This document shows positions 8,557 to 17,842 of a stretch of DNA of 64,000 nt, piece after piece. Position 1 is the stretch's first letter. Each line of letters starts with the position of its first letter. The translations under genes were made by a program, and so were the position numbers. This stretch comes from Candidatus Poribacteria bacterium. Its GTDB lineage: Bacteria > Poribacteria > WGA-4E > WGA-3G. Under the pieces are notes generated by a model that was given only the letters and a program-made list of their open reading frames with translations, did not search any database and was not told the origin of the DNA. Where the stretch lies: assembly GCA_965205015.1 (NCBI GenBank), contig OZ242029.1, positions 1,696,001 to 1,760,000 on the forward strand, given 5' to 3'.

Positions 8557-10677
8557 ATGACTAACACTCACCCCTATCTTGAAGTTGCAGATAGGATGAA
8601 TACAATAGTCACTCTCGTGGGTAAGCGGACTGAGGGAGTTGTCTCACTGCCAGAGGGACCATCGATTGTCGATCCCGGACTCGGGCTTGAAAGTCGCGCC
8701 GCAGAACTTTCCGAGAATGCCGAAAACTTAAAGACGGGAACGACCCGTATTGCCGTGGTTGGGGGCGTATCGGCAGGCAAGACGACCCTCTTATGCGCGA
8801 TCACGGGGTTGGAGCTTCCCATGGGTGTGGACGCGAAGACGGGGGTCATTACCGAAATCGTGCCCGGAAACGACCCGAATACAGTAGAGGTCTTCTATAC
8901 CGGCCCCACGAAAAAAAACATGTCGATGGCGGAATTTAAAACGTTTTCTGCCTTGCCTGCAGGTTCTATCGAGAGTGGGAATCCGTTTCCTTTACCCCCA
9001 CATCTGATAAATGTGAGTTCGGCAAGAGTTCAATCGTCCTCAGCATTTTCTCGAGAGGGTGTTACCCTAATAGACACGCTCGGTTTCGGTGCTGGTCAAC
9101 TGACCGCAGATGTCACGCGAGAGAAACTGCGAACGACAGATATCGCTGTTTTGGTTCTCGGCACGCGGCCGCCGTTCAGTAATGATGATGTTACGTTCGT
9201 ACTGGAGCAGCTCGCCGAAGCGCAGATCAACGATTCAAAACTTCGGCATATCTTCTGGGTTTTCAACGATTTTAGCCTACGCGAAGAGGAGAAGGCTGAA
9301 GTATGGGACTCGGCACGTGTCAAACTTAAGGGGTTCCTTGATGAGGAAGACTTTGAAAAGCAGGTTTTCATGGTTGATGCCCTTAAAGCGTTAGCGGCAC
9401 GGCAAAATTCCGAGACGGGTGAAACGCTCGAACGCACAGGGCTACCCGCATTTGAACGCGAGATAAAAAAGGCGTTACAAGGAGGGAAGCAGCGAGTCAT
9501 GGAATCGGTTGTTGCCCGCCAAATTGCTCCGGTTATCCGGGTAGCGCGGGCGGAAATCCGAAAGCAGACAACGGCATTGGATCTCGGTGCTGAACCCTTA
9601 GAAAAAGCCGTCGCCGAAGGGCAAGAAGCCCTGAAAACCAGTAGAGAAAAGGCGAAGGTGCTGCTCCGTGAGCTGAATAGCACGCGCGACGCATTCATCG
9701 ATGTTGTTGTCTCTAATTACATGCATTACTTTTCCGGATTGTCCAATGAGGCGTGGGAGAAAGCATGGACTGAAGTCTCTCCGAAGATCGGCATGCTCGA
9801 ATTTGCGGTCAGTGTATTTTTTAAGGGACGGCGTGAACGGCTGGAAGCCCGTTTGAAGGAACCCCTTGAACGGCTAATTGGTGGAAAATTAGAGGAATGG
9901 GGTGACCAACTCCCAACAGTTGTATCATCGAAACTTCAAGCCTCGTTTCAAGAGTTTGAGGATCTTGCGATGGATTTCGCTGAGTCCCTTGTGGATGTCG
10001 ATGAAAACCTTGTTAAGAGTTTGAATATTGACCCCGAAGACTTGGATGTAACTGACAGAGAAGCGAATGCGAAACGGGTATTTCAAATGCTATTGGGTGT
10101 CTTGCTCTTAGATCCCTCTCAATTTGTAGGTACCCTGTATGCTTCCAATTGGGGGGCGTTCGTTAGACGAATGGTCGTTGAAATCATCGTTGTTGGGGGA
10201 GCAATGATTTTGTTCGGACCCGTGGGGCTAATTGCTGCTCTCGGCGTGCTGATTGCTGAATTTGTGCTAAATCTTCTTATGGATCAAGGGAGTCGCAAGG
10301 ATCGGCTCGCCACCCACGTGGCTCTTAAGATTCGTGAACAGTTCACAGCGGAAAGTGGCAAAATCACCGATCACATCAGGTCTCAGCTCATTGACCATTT
10401 TAAAGAGGTCTACAATAAACTTGATGCCCTGCTGAACCAGGAAATCTCCGAACGCGAACGACAACTTGACGAGCTTCTCTCCCGCAAGAACAGTGAGAGT
10501 TCCACTGCTGATGCGGAACGCGAACGCCTGCATGGAATAAATGCCGCTATCACCCACCAGTGGGAGGCTATCAGCAAACTCGTTTACGGCAAGGTCATTG
10601 ACGAGACCATTGACGAGACAGAGATTCGCGCCGGCATTGAAGATGCGGATGATCTGCTCGGCACACCCGTAGCGTGA
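8557..10677 (+). CDS. Bacterial dynamin-like protein (BDLP/LeoA/IniA-like)
   Basis: G1 RIAVVGGVSAGKTT, G2 region KTGVIT, G3 LIDTLG, degenerate G4 VFNDF, DALKAL and TGLPAFE motifs, long helical trunk and hydrophobic paddle (GAMILFGPVGLIAALGVL). Confidence 0.85.
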   Translation: MTNTHPYLEVADRMNTIVTLVGKRTEGVVSLPEGPSIVDPGLGLESRAAELSENAENLKTGTTRIAVVGGVSAGKTTLLCAITGLELPMGVDAKTGVITEIVPGNDPNTVEVFYTGPTKKNMSMAEFKTFSALPAGSIESGNPFPLPPHLINVSSARVQSSSAFSREGVTLIDTLGFGAGQLTADVTREKLRTTDIAVLVLGTRPPFSNDDVTFVLEQLAEAQINDSKLRHIFWVFNDFSLREEEKAEVWDSARVKLKGFLDEEDFEKQVFMVDALKALAARQNSETGETLERTGLPAFEREIKKALQGGKQRVMESVVARQIAPVIRVARAEIRKQTTALDLGAEPLEKAVAEGQEALKTSREKAKVLLRELNSTRDAFIDVVVSNYMHYFSGLSNEAWEKAWTEVSPKIGMLEFAVSVFFKGRRERLEARLKEPLERLIGGKLEEWGDQLPTVVSSKLQASFQEFEDLAMDFAESLVDVDENLVKSLNIDPEDLDVTDREANAKRVFQMLLGVLLLDPSQFVGTLYASNWGAFVRRMVVEIIVVGGAMILFGPVGLIAALGVLIAEFVLNLLMDQGSRKDRLATHVALKIREQFTAESGKITDHIRSQLIDHFKEVYNKLDALLNQEISERERQLDELLSRKNSESSTADAERERLHGINAAITHQWEAISKLVYGKVIDETIDETEIRAGIEDADDLLGTPVA

Positions 10678-10749
10678 CACCGAGACTGAAATACATTCAA
10701 AGGCGGCGGTTGCAAACGCAGTGTCGTCCATACACTCAGGACCCTCTAT

Positions 10750-11388
10750 ATGATGTTTGCATTTAATGAAGGGTTGGCAGAAAGGATTCTCGGTTTTAGG
10801 GCATCCGACGCGCAACTCCTCGAAATGATTACCTTTGATAACGACGGAGATGATAAAAGCATGAAAAAATCGGAGATTGCCTTTAGAGTTCTCATCTCGC
10901 GGCATCGCCATGCTATACAGGCTGCTATTCGTGCCGCTGGCGCACGGGGTGCCGAAGACATGGAAGAAGCCTTCTCTGAAGTCTGCCTCAGAATCGCCAA
11001 GGAGCTTGAAAAGCACGGATTGGATCGCATTGGTGAGAGAGAAGCACCTGTAAAGTGGATCTACACAACCGCTAAGAACGCAACTATTGATTATTTACGC
11101 AGCGTTGGTGCCAAAAGACCCCAGGAAGGAGAGAAAGATACCCGCCCTCCAGAACCCGTCGATCCCCAGGACGCGGTCCTTCAAGACGAGAAAGCCGATG
11201 AGATCAGAAAGGATATTGAGGGACTCCCAGAGCACTTGAGAGAGGTCGCTCTTCTACAGATTGGAGGATACACCCGTTCCGAGATTGCAGAAATACTGGG
11301 AATAAAACTCGGAACTGTTGATAGTCGTATTGGAGAAATCCGCAGGAGACTTCGACACCACAGAGAGAAAGACAATGGTAAAAGTTAA
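10750..11388 (+). CDS. ECF-type RNA polymerase sigma factor
   Basis: Region 2 (AF..LISRH, AEDMEEAF, WIYTTAKNATIDYLR) and region 4 (LPEHLREV...YTRSEIAEILGIKLGTVDSRIGEIRRRLR). Confidence 0.85.
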   Translation: MMFAFNEGLAERILGFRASDAQLLEMITFDNDGDDKSMKKSEIAFRVLISRHRHAIQAAIRAAGARGAEDMEEAFSEVCLRIAKELEKHGLDRIGEREAPVKWIYTTAKNATIDYLRSVGAKRPQEGEKDTRPPEPVDPQDAVLQDEKADEIRKDIEGLPEHLREVALLQIGGYTRSEIAEILGIKLGTVDSRIGEIRRRLRHHREKDNGKS

Positions 11389-11435
11389 GGGTTCTCAGTA
11401 ACGCGTTGTGGCAGTAACTGACAATTCGACTCAAG

Positions 11436-11472
11436 TTTCGCGATGGGATTTGGCGCGCCGTCCGTCTTATAT
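11436..11472 (+). promoter_or_regulatory. Putative ECF-type promoter upstream of the sigma-like gene array
   Basis: TTTCGCGATGGGATT-N12-CGTCT, matching 8483. Confidence 0.55.
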
Positions 11473-11522
11473 TGTAAACGAATCACAGGATTTGGGGACC
11501 TCCGACAAGGAAAGAGAATTAG

Positions 11523-12026
11523 ATGACAAAAGAGCAGTACAACACATGCTATAACACAGGCACCTATCGGACCGCGCCCTACGGTGAGCTCGTTGAAGCT
11601 TATGCGCTCGGGCTATTAGCACATAAAGACGCAGCACAAACGGTGCGGGAATCGGTTTATGAACAAGCGTTTGAACTCGCTGCCGATCTTGACATGACAG
11701 CCTCGACGAAATTGTGGGTCCTGTTTCGGGATCTTACACGGGAGTTGTGTATGAAAATGTTGCAGTTGCCTGAAGCGGAAAATCCACTGGCGCGCCTTGA
11801 TTCCGGGGATTCTGCAGTGCCTACCACCAAACTGGAGGTGTTTTATCAATTGCTACGAGAGGTGCCTTTCGACTGTAAGCGCGTTCTGCTCTTGACTTAC
11901 CTATTTGAAGAAAGGCCGGAACAGATTGCCTCTATCCTAAGTAAACCGCTTGAAGAAGTGCGTGATCTCATGGATAGAGGGAATGCTGAGTTAGGTGTGG
12001 CGTTTCTTCGTGTGCCTATGCGTTAG
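11523..12026 (+). CDS. Degenerate ECF sigma-like protein
   Basis: Region-4-like KRVLLLTYLFEERPEQIASILSKPLEEVRDLMDRG; region-2-like AYALGLL...AAQTVRESVY...W; paralog of 12129. Confidence 0.6.
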   Translation: MTKEQYNTCYNTGTYRTAPYGELVEAYALGLLAHKDAAQTVRESVYEQAFELAADLDMTASTKLWVLFRDLTRELCMKMLQLPEAENPLARLDSGDSAVPTTKLEVFYQLLREVPFDCKRVLLLTYLFEERPEQIASILSKPLEEVRDLMDRGNAELGVAFLRVPMR

Positions 12027-12128
12027 TACCTGCTACGGATGCTGCATGAGGTGTTCACTATAGTGCGTATTTTACTGGATGTGTCGTGTGCTACGGATGG
12101 AAAGTGAATGCTACGAAAAGGTGAATAA

Positions 12129-12671
12129 ATGACCAAAGACGATTTCCACTTGTCCTATAACAAAAACACGAAAGATCGTAAAGCTTTGGGGGCGTCCGTC
12201 TTGGCATTTGCCTACCGGATCATTCCAGATGCCGACGCAGCGTGGGAAATTCGGGATGAGGTGATGGGAATTGGTCTCAAGCGGTGTGCCGAATTTGAAG
12301 TAGAGACTGCTTGGGAGGGGAAAAGGCACTGGCCTGGCTTAAAAAAAATAACACGGCACCGCTGCGAACGCATGATCTTGCGTCCAGAGGCGGAGAATCC
12401 ACTGGCGAAAGCGACGTTAAAGCAGTGGATGGAGGATCCGTGGGCAGCCGCGATCGCGAAGTTATCTTTCAATCATCGACAAATCTTTCTTTTATGCACG
12501 GGATTCGGCGGCAATTCGCGAAGCATACACAGTCTCCTCAATAAGCACAGAGCCAAAAACGGGAAAAAACTCACACAAAAAGAGGTTAAAAACCTTCAGG
12601 CAGAAGCATTAGCACTTATAGTAGCAGGTTTCACGGAATCTTATTTCCCTGAATTTTTAAAGGACTGCTAA
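12129..12671 (+). CDS. Degenerate ECF sigma-like protein
   Basis: AFAYRII.DADAAWEI, W..LKKITRHRC, AIAKLSFNHRQIFLL; shares MTK..Y/F...YN and PEAENPLA with 11523. Confidence 0.55.
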   Translation: MTKDDFHLSYNKNTKDRKALGASVLAFAYRIIPDADAAWEIRDEVMGIGLKRCAEFEVETAWEGKRHWPGLKKITRHRCERMILRPEAENPLAKATLKQWMEDPWAAAIAKLSFNHRQIFLLCTGFGGNSRSIHSLLNKHRAKNGKKLTQKEVKNLQAEALALIVAGFTESYFPEFLKDC

Positions 12672-12683
12672 AAGGAGAATCCC

Positions 12684-14078
12684 TTGGACGGAATTAAATA
12701 TCCTATCGTGTTGCGCGAATGCAGACGCTTAATTCACGATGATATAGATGCGAACGAAGTCGCAGCTGCTCTCTATAAACGTGGTATCCCTACCGAAAAT
12801 GTGAGTCAACACATATACAATTCCCTGGTGGCATGCTGGGATACCACACCAGACTGGGACGATCCCGCATTTATGAAAATTATCAAAGCAGTGGTGAATC
12901 CAACTGCCCGAAAAGTCGCTGGTTTTGAAGCCGCAAAGACCGCCTATGATTTGCTTGAATATCCAGAGCAGGATCTTTTGAAATTCAAAGGTATCGAGGG
13001 TTTATCGGAGAAAACCATTGCCCAAGTCTCCAGGACACCGCTTGACCAGGTTAAACGGGATGCCACATCAGCGAAGGACACGTTTTGGAAACTTTTCACG
13101 CGTGAGCGGTGGTCCACGCTGGCGTACTTTATCGAAAAACTTTGTGAAGATGCTGATTCATCTTCTCCTGACGTCCTCAAGGTTGAAGCAGAGTACCTCG
13201 CGGCTAAAGGCGCTTATGATTCCCTGGATGCGATAGAGAGAGAAGTCTTGAGACAGCGGTGCGTGCAAGGACGCTCTGTAGAAGCGATCGCGTCCGAACA
13301 GCAGACTTCACTTCTTGAGATTTCTGAAATCTTGGCAAATGCCCGTGAAGCATTCTATGATAAATTTTTGACCGAAATTTATCACCGATGGGTTCTGGAT
13401 AAAGCGTATAAGATCCGAGCCGATGAGGATGCTATAGAAGATGCCTTGACGAATCTGCAAGAGCGACTTTACAAATTCGTCCCAGAAAACTACCAGGGAT
13501 GGTTAACCAAGTCTGCCAAAAGTTTGAGCCTCGATTCGAAAAAAAAAGAGAATCGCCACGGATATATCGCCCAAAAGCGCGGGCGCGTCTATGTAAATGC
13601 TGAAGGTGAATCTGTCTATGTTCTCAGCACGACCGCGGATTCGTTAGAGCCGCATGAAGAAATAGAGAAAGCAGAAGCGGAAAAGAAGGAGTTACGGTTT
13701 TGGGAGCGTGAAAGGAAACGTTGGCACCAATTGCTAACAAAGACCGCTAGGGCGATTTTAAGGTCTAAAAAACCGGAAAAAAAGTTGTTTCTTTTGACAC
13801 ATTACATTCTACAGCCGAAACTCAACGGGTTAAGAACAACTAAACCGGGTGCTATTTACGAATGTCAGTATCCCGGGGAAGCCATGGCAATCGCCCACGT
13901 CCTTGACCAATATCGGTCAAAAGCCACGCAGGCGTGGGCCGGTGAAGTCATAGACGCCACGGATAGAAGCATCCGCCGCTACCTTGACGAAATCATCCCG
14001 CTTGTGAAGAGATATGCAGAAGAGGTCGGTATCAGCGCATCAGAACTCGTGAAAGGGTGTGCCCCGATAAAAGAATAG
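12684..14078 (+). CDS. Multi-domain sigma-like protein with repeated region-4 HTHs
   Basis: Two region-4-like units (AYDLLEYPEQDLLKFKGIEGLSEKTIAQ; AYDSLDAIEREVLRQRCVQGRSVEAIAS), a region-2-like segment (IEDALTNL...QGWLTKSAKSLSLD) and a C-terminal HTH (TQAWAGEVIDATDRSIRRYL). Confidence 0.6.
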   Translation: MDGIKYPIVLRECRRLIHDDIDANEVAAALYKRGIPTENVSQHIYNSLVACWDTTPDWDDPAFMKIIKAVVNPTARKVAGFEAAKTAYDLLEYPEQDLLKFKGIEGLSEKTIAQVSRTPLDQVKRDATSAKDTFWKLFTRERWSTLAYFIEKLCEDADSSSPDVLKVEAEYLAAKGAYDSLDAIEREVLRQRCVQGRSVEAIASEQQTSLLEISEILANAREAFYDKFLTEIYHRWVLDKAYKIRADEDAIEDALTNLQERLYKFVPENYQGWLTKSAKSLSLDSKKKENRHGYIAQKRGRVYVNAEGESVYVLSTTADSLEPHEEIEKAEAEKKELRFWERERKRWHQLLTKTARAILRSKKPEKKLFLLTHYILQPKLNGLRTTKPGAIYECQYPGEAMAIAHVLDQYRSKATQAWAGEVIDATDRSIRRYLDEIIPLVKRYAEEVGISASELVKGCAPIKE

Positions 14079-14116
14079 GACGCCTAAATGTGTCCCTAAA
14101 CCCCAGCCAGATTTAC

Positions 14117-14150
14117 CTTTTTGTCCGATTCCTACCCGGTTATCCCTTAA
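14117..14150 (+). promoter_or_regulatory. Putative promoter TTTTTGTCCG-N17-CCTTA
   Basis: Upstream of 14292; same spacing as the copies at 7266 and 8336. Confidence 0.45.
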
Positions 14151-14291
14151 GGGTCTTGAGAGGCATCAGTCTACAGTTTTCAGTCGAGAGATCGTTGTAG
14201 TATTTACAAACGGTTGCACAATTACACGATTCACTGGCGACTGACAACTCTTAAAACTGACAACTGATAATCATAAAAAGGAGAAAATAAG

Positions 14292-14861
14292 ATGAGTACG
14301 AAAGTACAAAACCACGCGACCGAATGCAATATCCGCGTGAAGTCTGGAGATTTAGCAGCTCAAGGCAAAGGAACGATGGCTATTCTGCCCCTGACTGGCA
14401 ATCAAGTCTCCGTCAAAGTACTACTTCCAACGGAGACAGGTGTCCCGGAACCTTTGGATTTGACAGCCGTAGAACGTGTCGAGCTGGTGGCAAAAAAAAA
14501 CGGCTGGTTCAGCAAGAACCAGTGGGGAACACCGCTGTTTACCACGGTTGGTGCTTTTATTGGTGTTCCAGTCGTAATTTTCGCATTGGTAGAGGTGACA
14601 GAGGCTACTGCTTTACTTATCGGCGGAACTTGGCTCGGTGCCACCTACGCTTCCGGAGTTTACACAGGGTCGAAACTCACACGCTTGGCGAGATTCGTTG
14701 TGACGACAAAAGATGGCAAGCATGCTGTGCTTGAGGCACCCGAGCCTGTGTTTGGTTTTTTGAATGGTGTCTATACTGCGCCAAACATCCAGCTGGACGA
14801 CGCAACGGTACCTGAAACCTCGGCAGCACCTGCGGCAGATCCTGCACCCGCAGCGGCTTAA
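14292..14861 (+). CDS. Membrane-hairpin protein, family member 4
   Basis: IRVKSGDL..GKG start, LDLTAVERVELV, glycine-rich TM hairpin, then ARFVVTTKDGKHAVLEAP. AAGGAG RBS. Confidence 0.75.
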   Translation: MSTKVQNHATECNIRVKSGDLAAQGKGTMAILPLTGNQVSVKVLLPTETGVPEPLDLTAVERVELVAKKNGWFSKNQWGTPLFTTVGAFIGVPVVIFALVEVTEATALLIGGTWLGATYASGVYTGSKLTRLARFVVTTKDGKHAVLEAPEPVFGFLNGVYTAPNIQLDDATVPETSAAPAADPAPAAA

Positions 14862-14873
14862 AGGACATAACAG

Positions 14874-14904
14874 ACGAGTGGGGCTTCCCGCCTCACTCGT
14901 TTTC
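14874..14904 (+). terminator. Rho-independent terminator
   Basis: ACGAGTGGGGC-ttccc-GCCTCACTCGT followed by TTT, right after the stop of 14292..14861. Confidence 0.7.
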
Positions 14905-14908
14905 AACG

Positions 14909-15148
14909 GGAATTTCAGGGGCGACCCTCCATGACATTATTATCACGGAAGGTATTCGGAATGCCGATGCTGTGATGTTTATCGTAAACCCGAAGCGGAT
15001 TGGTCAGTCAGATAAAGCCGTGTTAGTAGAACGGATTCGGGAGGCGATCAGTCTCGAGAGTATCCTCAAAGACACACCCGATTTTGTTGTGCGTCAGGAG
15101 ATTAACACACTTAATATGAAAATTGCAGAGCTCTCTGAAATTCGGTAA
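14909..15148 (+). pseudogene. Dynamin-like GTPase fragment
   Basis: Manual translation GISGATLHDIIITEGIRNADAVMFIVNPKRIGQSDKAVL... resembles the segment after the G3 (DTPG) motif of dynamin-like proteins; the P-loop and an upstream start are absent. Confidence 0.5.
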
Positions 15149-15200
15149 CACCGGTGTACACCGTTATACATCCGTTGACAAACACCTAAAGAGAGCGTAA

Positions 15201-15389
15201 GTCAGTTGTAGTGACGACGAGAGTATCCTGATCTGGGACGCAGAGACGGGCAGCCTCCTGCAGCAGGTCATAGGGCATACGGGACACGTGTGGAGAATCG
15301 CGTTCAGTCCGGATGGTAAAACCCTCGCCAGCTCAAGTAGTGATGGGACACTGCTGATCTGGGACCTCACCCATCTCAACGGCGAATAA
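15201..15389 (+). pseudogene. WD40-repeat C-terminal fragment
   Basis: VSCSDDESILIWDAETGSLLQQVIGHTGHVWRIAFSPDGKTLASSSSDGTLLIWDL; preceded by an in-frame TAA at 15198-15200. Confidence 0.75.
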
Positions 15390-15409
15390 CGTGAAGCGGC
15401 ACTTCAATA

Positions 15410-17842
15410 TTAGTTTGCCGATCGCTCTGTGATAGACTGGCAGAGTTTCTCAGCGGTAGTTATGAAAGCTTTGACAACTGTATACCGGATGTAAGCCTTA
15501 AACTCATTTCTTGATACTACATTGGATACTACATTGGAGGAACTTATAGCAGTGGGGGTCACCAATTCCTCGGCTCTCGCCTTGAACTTATTCTGCTCCC
15601 TCTCAAAACGAGTCATGTCAAACCCACTCGGGTCAGCCCCGTGTGCAAGCAATACTTCTACCGCGTCTAACGGATACGGATTAAACTCATCCGGATACGA
15701 CTGATGCCCATAACGCCAGGAGAAGTTGCCGGGGTCAGCCCCGTGTGCAAGCAATACCTCTATCGCCTCGGCTGCATTCTCCACTGCTGCACTATGCAAG
15801 GGGGGGTAGCCAAATGCAGTCTCAGCATTGGGGTCAGCCCCGTGTGCAAGCAATGCTTCTACCATCTCGGCTGCATTCTCTTCCGCTGCCCTATGCAAAG
15901 CGGTCCTACCAGATTCCTCCTTAGCGTTGAGGTCAGCCCATAACTGCCCACGCCATCTTTCTACCATTTCAAATGCATTCTCTGATGTCTCCGGATACAG
16001 GAGAAGTGGGGTAATGTCATGTGCAGTATCAGGTGTGAAGTACTTCCGCATCGGCTTGAAGAACTCCGTCAATGCGTCATGGATCTCGCTCCGTACCTCC
16101 TTTCGCCTTGACTCGGCTTTCCTCTGTAGCCTGGACCTTTTCTTGTCGAAGCCTGCTACGATGATTGGTATTATTTCCGATGCAGCACCAGCAGCAACAC
16201 CTCTCATAATTCGGCGAAACTTTACTGTATCCTTAATCTTCTTCCTTATATCAATTTGAATTAGTGTTTCATCTAGTAGGCTCCGAACAACTTGCTTCAC
16301 ATCTTTCTTATAGGTGTCATGAACTTGAAGGGCTTCTCTCCCTAATTCTCTGTAGAAACCAGAAAATTCTTCTTGAAAAAATTCAGAAACTTCGTCAACC
16401 TTCCAGAATATAGAATCGAGTTCCTCAACAAAGTAGGAAATGATGTTCTGTCTTACTGTCTCATGATCCCATCCAGCCTCATCAGACCCCTTTTTCGGCA
16501 CATAGCACGAGTCGGCTCCTCCTATGTCCAAATTCCAGTTGTAACGCTCCCCAGACAATAACTCCATAAGACAAGACATCACGTCGTTGGCGATTGTGGC
16601 ACCAATCTTTTTGCCGAATGTGTCAAATGTCTCTTTAATAGCGGTTATCTCTTCATGCTTAGCGGTTCCTATACGTTCACTTTGCTGGGTTTGCATGTGC
16701 TCAGAAAGTTTACTTCTAACTTTCTCAGAGAGAGGGACAGCCCCAAGCACTGTAGCGTACTCAAAGTCGAGCATTGTAATGCAGTCGAGTCCAAATTTTT
16801 CATTCAGGGCAGTCGCGAAACTTTCAATTTGTGCACAACCGCCTGTTAGCACGAGTGCTGGTTTTCTGCCCGTCTCCTTAACAACATTGTTTATGTAGGG
16901 TTCAACTACGTCGCACGCAGGTGTAATATAATTTTTCTCAATGGCTGATTCAATTTCGCGTGCACTCAATGGCACTGAAAAATTCTCCTCAATTTCTATG
17001 GGACGCGGTTGATCATTCGGGTTTCGGCAAAGTGCCTCTTTACGTAATTTGGCTTCGTGACACAAAAACTCAAAGTCATCTTCTGTTATTCTGGTTCCCT
17101 CCTTCATCCTGTTCCTCAATCGATTTTGGAGCGTGCGTGCCAAGTCGACTTCGATATTTCTTCCGCCAACAGTTCGGGTTCCACCCGCCTTAAGTTTACC
17201 CGATTCGCCTTCTTCTCGCATGTACTTCGGCTTACTACGATAGATATACTGCCGATGCATATATGTCCAATGCAGTGTCCCCGCTCCACAGTCCAGAAGA
17301 ATAATATCTGCCGGCAGGTCCTCCTTCCATCTCTCAACGAATTGGGCTGCTGCTATAGGTTCTTCTATCAATTCGACCGAAAACCCGGCTGCCTGAGCAG
17401 AAGCCTTCAATATATTATCTCGTTCGTTCTTTGTGAAGGTACAGGGATGCGTGAGATAGGCTATCTCAGGTTCACTCTCAAAAGCAGAACATTTTCCTGC
17501 TTCTTTCTTGAGGTGTGTGAAAAGTGCTGTCAGCAATTCCTGAGGCGTTTTTTTAACGCGTCTAAAACGAGGCAACCGGAACAGTATAAACTTCTCAGAA
17601 ATTAGACCTTTAATATTGCTAATATTGCTTACAGCTTGTTGGCGGGTTTCTTCAGACTCAAACATCTTTTGAGCATCATAGCCAAGGAGGATTTCCTCAT
17701 CTTCGTTAAGAGCAAAGTATGATGGGAGGTAATTCTCGACACCATGGCGCATCAACTCTGCTTTTTCCGTTTTTGGATCGAAGTAGGCGAGTTTGGTTCT
17801 GCTGGTTCCAAAATCTATCGCCACGACAGAGTTCTTACGCAT
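15410..17842 (-). CDS. Hsp70-family nucleotide-binding domain fused to a helical region and ankyrin repeats
   Basis: VAIDFGTSRT, IEEPIAAA, LLDCGAGT, GGRNIE, LVLTGGCAQI. Ankyrin repeats GRTALHRAAEENAAEMVEALLAHGADPN and GYPPLHSAAVENAAEAIEVLLAHGADP. No DnaK substrate-binding domain visible. Confidence 0.85.
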   Translation of the reverse strand: MRKNSVVAIDFGTSRTKLAYFDPKTEKAELMRHGVENYLPSYFALNEDEEILLGYDAQKMFESEETRQQAVSNISNIKGLISEKFILFRLPRFRRVKKTPQELLTALFTHLKKEAGKCSAFESEPEIAYLTHPCTFTKNERDNILKASAQAAGFSVELIEEPIAAAQFVERWKEDLPADIILLDCGAGTLHWTYMHRQYIYRSKPKYMREEGESGKLKAGGTRTVGGRNIEVDLARTLQNRLRNRMKEGTRITEDDFEFLCHEAKLRKEALCRNPNDQPRPIEIEENFSVPLSAREIESAIEKNYITPACDVVEPYINNVVKETGRKPALVLTGGCAQIESFATALNEKFGLDCITMLDFEYATVLGAVPLSEKVRSKLSEHMQTQQSERIGTAKHEEITAIKETFDTFGKKIGATIANDVMSCLMELLSGERYNWNLDIGGADSCYVPKKGSDEAGWDHETVRQNIISYFVEELDSIFWKVDEVSEFFQEEFSGFYRELGREALQVHDTYKKDVKQVVRSLLDETLIQIDIRKKIKDTVKFRRIMRGVAAGAASEIIPIIVAGFDKKRSRLQRKAESRRKEVRSEIHDALTEFFKPMRKYFTPDTAHDITPLLLYPETSENAFEMVERWRGQLWADLNAKEESGRTALHRAAEENAAEMVEALLAHGADPNAETAFGYPPLHSAAVENAAEAIEVLLAHGADPGNFSWRYGHQSYPDEFNPYPLDAVEVLLAHGADPSGFDMTRFEREQNKFKARAEELVTPTAISSSNVVSNVVSRNEFKAYIRYTVVKAFITTAEKLCQSITERSAN

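Noticed and set aside
10267-11016. 249-aa minus-strand ORF
   Set aside because: Antisense shadow of the dynamin and ECF sigma genes.
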